A stretch of DNA of 64,000 nucleotides from a virus. Positions within the stretch are counted from its first letter, which is position 1. Each line of letters starts with the position of its first letter. The position numbers were made by a program, and so were the translations under genes. This document shows positions 20,548 through 31,064 of this stretch, in pieces. The stretch lies in IMG/VR virus record IMGVR_UViG_3300019757_000003, positions 32,001 through 96,000 of that record. One strand, 5' to 3'. The notes below the pieces were generated by a model that saw only the letters and a program-made list of their open reading frames with translations, made no database searches and was not told where the DNA came from.

Positions 20548-20904
20548 ATGATTAGTAAAGATTTAATGGAGGAAGTGTTAGGTATTAAACTTGAAGAAGA
20601 CTATATACCAAAGCTATCCGAGTACTCACCTAATTTTTTAGAGGAGTATTGGATAGAGTCAGAGCGAATATGGCAAGATATGATGTCAGTTTACGAATTG
20701 TCTCATTTATGTAAAATTTGGACTAAAGATAATTCAGACCTAGAGATTGTGAGTAAATTAGGAGAAGCTTGGTTCTTAAATACAAAAGATACCGATGAAC
20801 CTATGTATGAACTATTTAAAGCTGACCCTGAGTATGCGTCTGTATTTCAAGCAACTCAATGGATTTATGAAAGAATTAAGGGGACTAATGGGATTAACAG
20901 ATGA
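20548..20904 (+). CDS. Hypothetical protein (YEL.H.CK.W family)
   Basis: YELSHLCKIW...F.AD.E...VF.A..WI. Confidence 0.65.
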   Translation: MISKDLMEEVLGIKLEEDYIPKLSEYSPNFLEEYWIESERIWQDMMSVYELSHLCKIWTKDNSDLEIVSKLGEAWFLNTKDTDEPMYELFKADPEYASVFQATQWIYERIKGTNGINR

Positions 20905-22516
20905 ACAACAAGCTGTAGTGGAGGCTAGCTTAACCCACCACATGGTGTTAGTACCTAGTCCAGCAGGTAGTGGTAAATCGACATTACTAGAAGGAGTAGC
21001 AGAAGCACATAACAATAAGAATTGCTTATATTTAGTTTTCAATAAAGAGATGCAAATTGAGGCTAGGGGTAGGTTTAACAGTAATGTTAAAGTGTCTACT
21101 TCTTCTGCTTTAGCTTATCATTATGTAGTTAGACTAGGTAATAGAAAATTTGAACCACACTTTAGTACATCTCAGATAAATGAGAAAGATGTAAGCAAGA
21201 GAGACAAAGAAAAAGTAGTATTTTGGTTTGATAAGTTCTGTCAGAGTAAGTACTTAAGTATTTCTGAATATTGTGCAACAGAACCTAAAGCTATGAAGAG
21301 GATTGAGCTAATAAAGAAATATATGAACCTGATGGTCACTTGTAAGATTCCTTCAAACTTCTCTTTTAATATGAAGTACTTCCATCATCAGCTAAGTAAA
21401 GGTAAAATAGATTTAGACTTAAAGTTACTTATGTTGGATGAAATTCAAGATTCTAGTCCAGTAGTATTAGAGATATTTAAACTAATAAAAGCTAAACATA
21501 AGGTAGGTGTAGGTGATCCACATCAAATGTTGTACTCATTCGCATCAGCTACTAATGGTTTCAACTACCTACAAGACCAAAACCCTCACATTCTAAGATT
21601 GACTAAATCATTTAGAGTGACAGTGGAAGTAGCTAAAAAAATAGAACAATTTGGTAGACTATATTTAGAACCAGACTTTGAATTTAAAGGAACTGATGGT
21701 GGGGTGGACAATGGATTAACAGCTTACTTAAGTAGGTCTAACTCTGCTCTAATATCTAGGATGGTAGAGTTACATAGAACAAAAACACCATATAGACTCA
21801 CTAGAACAGTAGCATCTATATTTGAGGCAGTTAAAGTAATAATGTATCTGAATAAGAAGGGTGTTTACAATCCACGTTACGAGTTCCTTAATAGGGGGAT
21901 AAATGATTACTTTGAAGGTAAAACTAGAGCTAACTCACTAATATCTCATATTAAAGAAGAGTTTCACTACCATTCAGAGATTCAGTCAGCTATTAATATA
22001 GTTATACAATTAGGTAGTAGGAAGTTAAAAGAGACTATGGAATTAGCTACTAAATATGCTAAGTTGCCTCAGTACAAGGCTGCTAAGACTTTGATAGCAA
22101 CATCATACACAACTAAGGGTATGACAATCTCTACAGTTCATATAGACAAAGATGTACTACCTAAAGCTAAATTATTAGACTTAACTATTAAAGACAGGAC
22201 AATACAAGAGACGGAAGCACTAAACCTACTATATGTAGCAACATCGAGGAGTAACGGACAACAAGATACTACACTATTAGACTATGCTATTAACTATAAG
22301 TTACAACAGAACACAAAAGGAAGTACAAAGGAGTTCAGAAGTAACGGAATCAGTCAAAGACATTGTACATCTAATAAAAACATAACTAGTGGTACTGATG
22401 ACTTTGGGGATCCTATTGTGAAGAAAGACGGTATGTACCTAAACAAGTATACCGGAGACTATACTAGAGAGGCACCTTCATTCACAAAATTTCTGTTAGA
22501 GGGAGTGTTATTATAG
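20888..22516 (+). CDS. SF1 UvrD-like helicase
   Basis: LTDEQ, AGSGKST, LDEIQD, VGD.HQ.LY.F, LTKSFR, KG, NLLYVA.SR; start moved to the ATG at 20888 (AAGGGG upstream). Confidence 0.9.
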   Translation: MGLTDEQQAVVEASLTHHMVLVPSPAGSGKSTLLEGVAEAHNNKNCLYLVFNKEMQIEARGRFNSNVKVSTSSALAYHYVVRLGNRKFEPHFSTSQINEKDVSKRDKEKVVFWFDKFCQSKYLSISEYCATEPKAMKRIELIKKYMNLMVTCKIPSNFSFNMKYFHHQLSKGKIDLDLKLLMLDEIQDSSPVVLEIFKLIKAKHKVGVGDPHQMLYSFASATNGFNYLQDQNPHILRLTKSFRVTVEVAKKIEQFGRLYLEPDFEFKGTDGGVDNGLTAYLSRSNSALISRMVELHRTKTPYRLTRTVASIFEAVKVIMYLNKKGVYNPRYEFLNRGINDYFEGKTRANSLISHIKEEFHYHSEIQSAINIVIQLGSRKLKETMELATKYAKLPQYKAAKTLIATSYTTKGMTISTVHIDKDVLPKAKLLDLTIKDRTIQETEALNLLYVATSRSNGQQDTTLLDYAINYKLQQNTKGSTKEFRSNGISQRHCTSNKNITSGTDDFGDPIVKKDGMYLNKYTGDYTREAPSFTKFLLEGVLL

Positions 22517-22556
22517 ACTATGCAATGCAATACAAATTAAATAAAGGAAAACGATA

Positions 22557-23006
22557 ATGGCTAATTGGTCAGATTTATACTTCAAAGTAGAAGTAACAAA
22601 CAAGAGAAGATTCAAGAAATTCTGGAAAAAGAACGATATGTGGAGTAATCCTATATCAGTAGACACATTAGAATTTAAAGGAAATGTAGCAACTATACAT
22701 GGAGATGGTAGATGGGGAGTAGGAGTAGAAGCTATAGAAGATTTACCATTTGTAGTAGAAGTACTAGATTACTATGAGAGTGAAGGTGGATGTGATTTCT
22801 ACAATGAGTTGACTGGTAGATACGACTATTTCTCAGAACCTATGATTTTAAACTATGGTGTTGAATATGCCATAGATAACTATGAACAATGTTTTGAAAG
22901 TAAAGAAGATTGTTTAAAAGAGATTGCTTTAGTAGAAAAAGTTGACAATATGCTATATCCAGATGATCCATTAGAAGAAGATTGGTGGGAAGTTTGGATT
23001 ATATAA
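22557..23006 (+). CDS. Hypothetical protein (MANW family)
   Basis: AAGGA RBS, 149 aa. Confidence 0.65.
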   Translation: MANWSDLYFKVEVTNKRRFKKFWKKNDMWSNPISVDTLEFKGNVATIHGDGRWGVGVEAIEDLPFVVEVLDYYESEGGCDFYNELTGRYDYFSEPMILNYGVEYAIDNYEQCFESKEDCLKEIALVEKVDNMLYPDDPLEEDWWEVWII

Positions 23007-23282
23007 AGGAGAAAAGGAAATAACATGTGGATATTACAATATGAAGCGAACGAATACAATCAACAAGGGTTTTACTCTACTACAGCATGGGTAAATAAAC
23101 CTACTTTAGCAGAATTAGCAGGAAGACCCCTAGAAGAGCTAGATGAAGCTGCAGTAATTAGAGTAGTTAATTTACATCAAGGTAAGGAAATAGACCGTGA
23201 AAGATTGATAGAGACAGAACCTAATGGTACAATCCCTTATTAATTTTTTTAGAAAAAAAAACAACTAAATAAAAGGAAAAAG

Positions 23283-23810
23283 ATGACATTAGCAGAATTT
23301 AATGAGTTATACGAGAAGACAGCAAAAGAAGAGAAAGAGAAGTACGAGTTTGAAAAAGAACAGTATACTAAAGGTATTTTTACTGAAGAGTTTAAATCTT
23401 ATGACTTCCCTTTTAAAATAAAAACAACAATTAGTTCAGAAGATTTAGTAGATGTAGAACCCATTGAGGCAATAAAATACATACAAGAGTTCCTAGGAGA
23501 AGTAGGCAATTGTACAGACCTTAAGATTGGTGATGTACAACAAGACAGTGAAATAGATAACTATGAGAGTGACTTCGCTAGTGAGCTACAGTCCCTACAC
23601 TACTACCAGGATATTGAAAGATTTGATTATAAATTAGATATAGTTAGACATACTAATAGAGTATTTAAAAGTAAAATTACTAAACTACTAAAACCTAAAG
23701 GTGAGTTTGCCACACTGATAATAGAGTGTAAATTTCTACAACTATACAAAAATGGTATTTTAGACTGGAAAGAACTCCAGAACCTAGTGTACTCAAATTG
23801 CAGTATATAA
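23283..23810 (+). CDS. Hypothetical protein
   Basis: AAGGA RBS, 175 aa. Confidence 0.65.
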   Translation: MTLAEFNELYEKTAKEEKEKYEFEKEQYTKGIFTEEFKSYDFPFKIKTTISSEDLVDVEPIEAIKYIQEFLGEVGNCTDLKIGDVQQDSEIDNYESDFASELQSLHYYQDIERFDYKLDIVRHTNRVFKSKITKLLKPKGEFATLIIECKFLQLYKNGILDWKELQNLVYSNCSI

Positions 23811-23819
23811 AGGATAGCA

Positions 23820-24053
23820 ATGAACAAGTGTCTATACTGTACAGATAAACAAGAATCTACTCATTTTATGTGTGCTAGATGTGGAGATGGTATGTGTGAT
23901 AGTTGCTATGATAGTGAAAAAGAACACGATATACACTACAACAATCCACATGAAGTCTCACCAGAGCTAAGAGAGCTTAAATGGTATGTAGACTATTTGT
24001 GCGAAGACTGTTTTAAAAGTATAGTGATAACAAAAGAGAAATATAAAGGATAG
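23820..24053 (+). CDS. Zinc-finger protein flanked by 18-nt direct repeats
   Basis: Four CxxC pairs; ATATAAAGGATAGCAATG at 23805-23822 and 24041-24058. Confidence 0.7.
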   Translation: MNKCLYCTDKQESTHFMCARCGDGMCDSCYDSEKEHDIHYNNPHEVSPELRELKWYVDYLCEDCFKSIVITKEKYKG

Positions 24054-24150
24054 CAATGGAAAAATACTACACTAACTCATGGAAATTGTAATCTTTGATT
24101 GTGTTACTACCTCCCAACAAGGAGGTAAATAATACAAAACAAGGATAGAT

Positions 24151-25152
24151 ATGGTTAACATATTCCAAAAACCTAATATAGCAAAAGAGACAGATTTAAC
24201 AAGATATACTTTTGATGAGTCTAAAATACCTAAATGGATTGCACTAAGCTACATAAATCTAGCAGAGAAAGCTTATTCTGGTAAAAGAGAACTCAATAGA
24301 ATCTCAACTACAGAATTTAGTGGTAGTGATAAACAGATATTACTAGGTCAGAGAAGACTACAAAACCCTTACAAAGTTGATGTGAATGTACTGAATTTAC
24401 AAAACAGTGTACATGGTAGTATCTTACATGAGGCTATACTAGGTGTTGAACCAGATAGGAAAGAGAAAAAGATAGGTAAGTGGACTATAAGTGGTGGTGC
24501 AGATAGAATAGAAGATGGAGTAGTTTATGATTTGAAGAATACTTCAGTTTACTCAGGTAAAGATTTATTTAGAGAATTAGACTTATGTACAGACTACTAT
24601 GATTTATCACTAGAAGACTTATATGAACTCTACCCTAGTATCTTTAAATTCTTAAGTCAATTATCAATTTATAGTTGGTTATATGACCTAAAATCTGAAG
24701 TAGGGTACATTACATTTATATTTAACAATTGGAGCTTCAAAGATAAGACTACTATACCAGGTAAAAATATGGAAGTAGAATTTAGATTAGCTAGTCATAG
24801 TAAAGTAGAAGAATACTTAACTAAAAGACTTGAAAGAATAGAAGCTTACCAAGAAAGTGGTTACTTACCTCAATGTAATAGTAATACTACTGGAGCTAAA
24901 TCTTCATCAGTATATAAAATAGTTAAACCAGGAAGCACTAACAAACGAGCAATAAATGGTTCTGGTGGAAGCCACAACACTTTACAAGCAGCATCCCAAG
25001 CACAGACTGCATTAAATGTTTACTCTGAGATATTAGAGGTAAAGAGTAACTCAGAACCTACGCTATGCCTACAGTACTGTCAGTATAATACTGAAATAAA
25101 CGGGATACCTGTGTGCATACAAGGTCAACAGATTAAACAAGAACATCAATAA
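24151..25152 (+). CDS. PD-(D/E)XK (Cas4/RecB-like) exonuclease
   Basis: GSILH, ISG.AD, YDLK, QLSIY, C-terminal C..YC.Y...C. Confidence 0.85.
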   Translation: MVNIFQKPNIAKETDLTRYTFDESKIPKWIALSYINLAEKAYSGKRELNRISTTEFSGSDKQILLGQRRLQNPYKVDVNVLNLQNSVHGSILHEAILGVEPDRKEKKIGKWTISGGADRIEDGVVYDLKNTSVYSGKDLFRELDLCTDYYDLSLEDLYELYPSIFKFLSQLSIYSWLYDLKSEVGYITFIFNNWSFKDKTTIPGKNMEVEFRLASHSKVEEYLTKRLERIEAYQESGYLPQCNSNTTGAKSSSVYKIVKPGSTNKRAINGSGGSHNTLQAASQAQTALNVYSEILEVKSNSEPTLCLQYCQYNTEINGIPVCIQGQQIKQEHQ

Positions 25153-25162
25153 AGGAGTATAA

Positions 25163-27883
25163 ATCAAGAAAGTTATAAAACAGAAACCAAAATTTAACAG
25201 AACATCTAACATAGAACAACTATTTAGCACTTTTAAACGTAGGTATCCTAAAGGATTACAACCAGACTCTACTAATATAGTAGATGACGGTAGTGGTATA
25301 GACTTGCATAAATTGGATATAGAAGACCAGATAGCTACTGTAAGAGCTCAATTCTTAAATGTAAAAGTTTGGTTAGTTGAAACTGATGAAGATTTAACTA
25401 AAGTACTTAAACATAGTGAAAAATACAAATACATAGCATATGATACTGAAACTACATCTATAGATAAAGCTAAAACAGTACCAAATGTTATTATGTGGTC
25501 TTTAGCAGTTAAAGCTAATGAAGCTTTCATTGTACCTTATAAGTTTAACAAGAGGCTGTTTGAATGGATTACTACTACAGATAAAAACATTGTTGTACAG
25601 AATGGTGGATTTGATAATAGAATTGTACACTGGAATACAGGTAAGCATATCAAAAATGCTCAAGATTTATTGGGTATAAGTTATGTAATGTTGAACGACA
25701 GTGTATTGACACCTAGTATATCTCTGAAAACTGTAGCTAAAAAAGATTATGGTATGTGGTCTGAAAAAGGTGGAAGTTACGATATTACTGATTTACAGTA
25801 CAGTGACGTAGACAATGTAGATTTACAATACTATGCTGGAATTGATGCTATGAGTTTATCACACTCTTTTTCTAAATATATAACTGAATTGGAAGCTACA
25901 GAATCAGTAGAGATAGAGAATGTTCTACCTGCTAGTCTACCTAAAGATAGAGGGTACACAAGAATGTGGTTCTACAAGAATGTGGCTATGAAACTACTAC
26001 CTATTACTATAGAGTTCATGAACAATGGACTTCCATTGGACTTAGACCAAGTACATAAACTTGATACACACTTAGACGATATTTTAGAAGAAGCTGAGAA
26101 TGGTGTTAGAAAGCTAGAAACAGTCAAAACCTATTGGGAGAACTTAAGAAGTAGTAAAGCCTCTGAAGCCTCTTCTAAGTACCTAGAAACAGTAGATATA
26201 GATAATGTAAAGATATATAAATCTACTAATCAAGATTACATAAATCTATTTGTAGAGACATTATATAAAGATAAAGTATTACCAAGTAAAGCTAAGAATT
26301 GGTCAGCTACAGTTGTTAAGACATTTGACCCTACACTAGCTCAGGCAATTAAAGATAAAGACCTTGAAAGACTACGTTCACTCTATCCTTACGACTGTGT
26401 TTTTATACAAGTGGAAGGTCATTTAGGTAGAGTAGCAAAGTTAAAAAAGTTCAAAAAATCTCAAGAAACGGCTAAAAACCAAGTATCTAAAGTTATGCTA
26501 GACTTTGAGTTTAATCCACTAGGTTCATCTCAACAAAAGAAGTTTATCTTACAAAAAGGATTTGGTATTAAATCAAATACTAAATCTATGACTACAGGAG
26601 AAGATAGTTTCAATAGAGCTGAATTAGAAAGATTACAGAAAGAAGTACAAGAAGGTACAGAGTTGCACACTTACTTGACACACTTACTAACCTATAGTGG
26701 TGGAGCAATTATAAAGAAAAACTTTGTTAAAAACTTCCTAGCTCACAGTACTGATGATAGTAGGATTCACAGTTCAGTTAGATTATTTGCAACTAAGACA
26801 TTTAGATTAGGTGGTGGTGGAAAAGTTAACTTACTAGCATTGCCTAGTTCACGTTCACCATTCAGTAAGCCTGTAAAGAAGTGTATTGCTGTACCTAGTG
26901 ATGATTGGGTCTGGATTGGATCAGATTACCAAGCTTTAGAAGTTTCAGCGAATGCCTCTATAACACAAGACCCCACTCTAGTTAAAATGCTTGATGAAGG
27001 CTTTGATATGCACTGCAATAACAGTGCAGCTTACTTTAAAGAGGAAATTGAAGCAATATTAAGTGTAAATGATGGATCTATAGACTGGAATAAGAACTAT
27101 AAGAAAGAGACATTTAATAATCCTAGACTAGATAAACTGAGAAGTAACTCAAAAGCTATTACCTTCTCACTTCAATATTTGAGTGGTATACCAGGTTTAT
27201 ACAAAGCCGTAGGATACTTAGGAGATGTGTACGAAGATAGAGTAAAGATAGATACGGACACATACAAATTTACATTTGATGTTAAGTCTAATGGTGACTA
27301 CTATGTCGCTAATCAAAATGCTAAATGGTACAGTATTGATAACTATTTAGAAATAGTGACAGATACAGAATTACTAGAGTTCTTTAGAGTAGCTGTATTT
27401 CCAGCATATACTATGCACTACAGATACCACAATGAATTGTATTATGGTTCAAAAGAGTATAGAGACAAAGTTATTGTACCTCAAGTAAAGAAGCATAAGA
27501 ACCTACATATGGGATTGGGTGCATACATAAATCAAACTAGGAGACTTAACAATGGATCTATTAGAAGCTTATGGAATGCGGGCTTCCAGTTCTGGAGTTT
27601 ATTGCCTTTAATAGCTTTAACAAAGTTTATGAAAATAGTGAGAGAAAAAGGGTATGATAATGATGTAAAACCTATCATATCTATCTACGATTCAGTATAT
27701 TTACTTGTCAGAAATGATAAAGAGATAATAAAATGGGTTGCAGAAACATTACAACCTATATTGGAAGCACAGTATCTAATAGACCAACCAATACCACTAG
27801 TGAGTGATATAGAAATATCCACAACTAATTGGGCTGAATTTATAAGCTATAAAGAGTGGCTAGAAACAACTGTAAGTGATTAG
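25163..27883 (+). CDS. polA: Family A DNA polymerase (N4-like) with a 3'-5' exonuclease; probable ATC start
   Basis: ExoI YDTETT, ExoII NGGFD, ExoIII YAGID; motif A SDYQALE, motif B RSNSKAITFSLQY, motif C IYDSVY; frame open from ATC 25163, 5 nt after AAGGAG. Confidence 0.92.
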   Translation: MKKVIKQKPKFNRTSNIEQLFSTFKRRYPKGLQPDSTNIVDDGSGIDLHKLDIEDQIATVRAQFLNVKVWLVETDEDLTKVLKHSEKYKYIAYDTETTSIDKAKTVPNVIMWSLAVKANEAFIVPYKFNKRLFEWITTTDKNIVVQNGGFDNRIVHWNTGKHIKNAQDLLGISYVMLNDSVLTPSISLKTVAKKDYGMWSEKGGSYDITDLQYSDVDNVDLQYYAGIDAMSLSHSFSKYITELEATESVEIENVLPASLPKDRGYTRMWFYKNVAMKLLPITIEFMNNGLPLDLDQVHKLDTHLDDILEEAENGVRKLETVKTYWENLRSSKASEASSKYLETVDIDNVKIYKSTNQDYINLFVETLYKDKVLPSKAKNWSATVVKTFDPTLAQAIKDKDLERLRSLYPYDCVFIQVEGHLGRVAKLKKFKKSQETAKNQVSKVMLDFEFNPLGSSQQKKFILQKGFGIKSNTKSMTTGEDSFNRAELERLQKEVQEGTELHTYLTHLLTYSGGAIIKKNFVKNFLAHSTDDSRIHSSVRLFATKTFRLGGGGKVNLLALPSSRSPFSKPVKKCIAVPSDDWVWIGSDYQALEVSANASITQDPTLVKMLDEGFDMHCNNSAAYFKEEIEAILSVNDGSIDWNKNYKKETFNNPRLDKLRSNSKAITFSLQYLSGIPGLYKAVGYLGDVYEDRVKIDTDTYKFTFDVKSNGDYYVANQNAKWYSIDNYLEIVTDTELLEFFRVAVFPAYTMHYRYHNELYYGSKEYRDKVIVPQVKKHKNLHMGLGAYINQTRRLNNGSIRSLWNAGFQFWSLLPLIALTKFMKIVREKGYDNDVKPIISIYDSVYLLVRNDKEIIKWVAETLQPILEAQYLIDQPIPLVSDIEISTTNWAEFISYKEWLETTVSD

Positions 27884-27932
27884 AAATTAACAAATAAGGT
27901 TTCACTTACAAAAAAAACAATAAAGGACAACA

Positions 27933-28343
27933 ATGAAAGACAAAGAACTAATACTAAAGAAAGGATACACTATAAAAGTAGTATCTTGGGAAGATGATGG
28001 AGACAACTATAAAACACAAGAAGTGAATACACAGTCTATAGAAGATTTAAAGTACTTTATAGATATTTGTGATTTCTGCAGTGAGACAGATAATGGAACT
28101 TCAATAGCTAATGAGTATAGCTACTCTCCTAATGACAAGCAGAGAGAAGCTATAATCAACCTTCTTAACAAACACAATATCACTATTGATAAAGATTATG
28201 AGGATTTAGACGTATTCTTTGCACAAGCGCAAGCACTTCTAGGGTACTCAGAGTACTACTTAACTAGAGTATGTGATAGCTACACAGTAGTGCATTCAGA
28301 TGTAGATATATACGCTAAAAAGGTTGATGTAAGTCAACTGTAA
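27933..28343 (+). CDS. Conserved phage protein (SWE.D.DNY family)
   Basis: GY.I.V.SWEDDGDNY.T...RVC. Confidence 0.7.
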   Translation: MKDKELILKKGYTIKVVSWEDDGDNYKTQEVNTQSIEDLKYFIDICDFCSETDNGTSIANEYSYSPNDKQREAIINLLNKHNITIDKDYEDLDVFFAQAQALLGYSEYYLTRVCDSYTVVHSDVDIYAKKVDVSQL

Positions 28344-28639
28344 GCACTCTTAATTGAGTGCAACCAAATTAAAGGAGAAGAATGAAAACTGAACATGATA
28401 AACTAGACGTAACTGAGGATACTTACAGTTTCTTTTTATTCACACAATTGTACCTACTACGAAGACAAAATAATACAGAATATGATTTACTGTACTTAGA
28501 GATAAGAAAAGACTTTGTAAAATTCATAAATAGTACCTACAATACAGGTGACTATGGATTATACGAATGTATAGAACAGTACTTAGAAAACAGTGAATAA
28601 GTACAAAAGTCCTACAAAAAAAATTAAAAAAGGAGACGG

Positions 28640-31048
28640 ATGTCATTTGATGAGACAAAATTAGATGAAGAATTAGATAGTATTGATTTTTCATCAGAGG
28701 AAGGTATTGAAAAGATAGAAGAGGCTAAAACCTTACTACCACTTCATTACGAGAACCTAACAAATACGATAGGAGGTGCAATAGGAACAGATTTCAACCC
28801 TGAGAGACTCACACCAAATATACAGAAAATGTTAAAGGTATTTGAACTTGAAGCACCAGCATTAGGTACACAAACTAATGTAATGGTAGCGTCAATGGCT
28901 TATGCTAACACATTTGGTAAGTTCAGACCCTATATAAGAGACGTATTAGTATCTAAGAAAACTGACATCCCAACCAACATATTTACACTTAACTTTCAAG
29001 GTAGTGGAGATGGTAAAGATAAGTCATTTGATTTAGGTACAGAAATACTAAAAGAAGCTGATACTATGGTACTTGACCAAATGGAAGTATTAGCAGAAGA
29101 AAAAGCTAAAAGAATAGCTATTAAAATCAATAACGATAAACAGCTAAAAAATAATGTTCCTAAAGATAAACTAGTTACAGATGACACAGGTTGGGCTCAA
29201 TATATTGTTAAACCTAACTCTGGAATCATTAAAATGGCTACTTATGAAGGACTGTTGGCAGAAGCTGAAATTATAATGAAAAGTAGTGACTTAGGTAACT
29301 TGTTTGTTGCTATGTCTGAATTAGGTAATAGTTTAAAACTAGACCCTAGTATTGACAGATTACTGATGATTATGGCAGAATTGTATGATATGGGTAAAGC
29401 TCCTGAGGACTTGAAAAAGACTAAAGAATTGAAGACTGGTGCAATTGAAGGACTAGCTCCTTCTATGTTAGCACATACTTCACCAAATATTATACTAAAA
29501 GATGCTAAATTAGCTGAGAAGTTTATTATGATAATTGAGTCTTACTTTGGTAGGAGAGCTTACATATTCTTTACTGAAGCATTGGAGACTATTCAAAAGA
29601 TAGAGTTAGATACTGATATTGATGAACAAGTTAGGAAAATGCAAAGTAGTACTCATAAAACAGTTTCGGATATTAGAGAACTAGAAACTACAGCTACTGC
29701 TAGTGTAAAAAGATTATTAGATGGCACAGACTTAGAAAGAATAACATTAACAGATGATGCTCAAGCACTTTATGGTAAATACTTTTTAATTAATAAATAC
29801 TATAGAAAACTAGCATATATGTTAAATGAGGACTTTCAAGGTAGTGGTCTTCTAGTAGAACTTACAAACAGACATTGGAAAGCTATCAAATTAGCTGGTA
29901 TTTGGGCTTTAGCAGAGAATACGAGTGAGATTACATTAGAAATACTTTCTAGTGCTATCTACTTCACAGAATATACTGGTAAAGGTCTTAGAAAGCTTAT
30001 GAGCATGGTAAACCTAGAAGTACATGAGAGATTTGTTAAAGGTATCTTAGATGGTGACATTAAGAATAGTATTAGATTTGATACTTTAATCAAGAAAGCA
30101 TTTATTAGAAAAGCTGACAAAATACAAATTACTAATCTATTAGTAGCAGTGAATTCTGCCCTACAAGGTAAAGCTGTAGTTGTAGCTGATTACAAAGAAT
30201 CTCTACTCACAATAGACCTTATCAAAGAAGCTGAAGGTAAATATGGTTTCTCGTACATTAAATTCCCTAAGGGTACTTCTAAAGAAGACAGAAGAAGTAA
30301 AGCCTATAAAGGGTTCAAGTACTATAGAAATGACCTACATATGCTGAAAAAACTACTAACACAAGACTGTGCTTATTCACCATTTAAGTTTAAAGGTGGT
30401 TATAGAAAAGACGATAATATAGACTCTACTACTAATTACATAGTATTAGATGTAGATAAGTCTGAGCTAGATATGGAACTACTACATAAGACTTACTTAA
30501 GTGGTACTCTACATATTATAGGCACTACATCTGATCCTGAGAACAAATTCAAGTTTAGGGTAATAATACCAGTAAAACAACAAATAGGTGATAATAATGC
30601 AGTATATAAGTATGTAACACAGAGAATTGCTGATGAATTGATGTTAGACATAGACCTTTTAGGTAGAAGTCAAGTAATGTTTGGGTATAATGGTGGTTCT
30701 ACTTTAGACAACATAGATACTGGGTTGCAACCTATGGATATATCAGAATTCATCAAAGATGCAGCTACTAAAGTTCCTTCAAGAACCTACACAACAAAAC
30801 TAACAAAAGCTCAACAAACAAAAGCTCAAGCAGATATGGAACATGACTTTGAAACTATATTTAATTTTGCTATTTATGCACCAGTAGGCAATAGAAATTT
30901 ATCTACTTGGATAGCAGGTAGAAAGATGAAACAAGCAGGATGTGACCATAGAACAATAACATTACTAATAAACAAAATTAATAGTGCTAGAAATTCACCT
31001 ATCGCATCTAAAGATATTAGATATATTATAGGTCAAATGGTAGACTAA
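28640..31048 (+). CDS. N4-type DNA primase (DUF3987-like P-loop region, AEP-like domain, PriCT-like tail)
   Basis: GSGDGKD; IVLDVD...TTSD...KFRVIIP; GNRN; lies between the polymerase and SSB as in N4-like phages. Confidence 0.8.
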   Translation: MSFDETKLDEELDSIDFSSEEGIEKIEEAKTLLPLHYENLTNTIGGAIGTDFNPERLTPNIQKMLKVFELEAPALGTQTNVMVASMAYANTFGKFRPYIRDVLVSKKTDIPTNIFTLNFQGSGDGKDKSFDLGTEILKEADTMVLDQMEVLAEEKAKRIAIKINNDKQLKNNVPKDKLVTDDTGWAQYIVKPNSGIIKMATYEGLLAEAEIIMKSSDLGNLFVAMSELGNSLKLDPSIDRLLMIMAELYDMGKAPEDLKKTKELKTGAIEGLAPSMLAHTSPNIILKDAKLAEKFIMIIESYFGRRAYIFFTEALETIQKIELDTDIDEQVRKMQSSTHKTVSDIRELETTATASVKRLLDGTDLERITLTDDAQALYGKYFLINKYYRKLAYMLNEDFQGSGLLVELTNRHWKAIKLAGIWALAENTSEITLEILSSAIYFTEYTGKGLRKLMSMVNLEVHERFVKGILDGDIKNSIRFDTLIKKAFIRKADKIQITNLLVAVNSALQGKAVVVADYKESLLTIDLIKEAEGKYGFSYIKFPKGTSKEDRRSKAYKGFKYYRNDLHMLKKLLTQDCAYSPFKFKGGYRKDDNIDSTTNYIVLDVDKSELDMELLHKTYLSGTLHIIGTTSDPENKFKFRVIIPVKQQIGDNNAVYKYVTQRIADELMLDIDLLGRSQVMFGYNGGSTLDNIDTGLQPMDISEFIKDAATKVPSRTYTTKLTKAQQTKAQADMEHDFETIFNFAIYAPVGNRNLSTWIAGRKMKQAGCDHRTITLLINKINSARNSPIASKDIRYIIGQMVD

Positions 31049-31064
31049 ACAAACAAGGATATAA

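Noticed and set aside
27180-27400. Intein in the DNA polymerase (also looked for in NrdA)
   Set aside because: No C/S...HN-C/S/T splice motifs, and the insert is too short.
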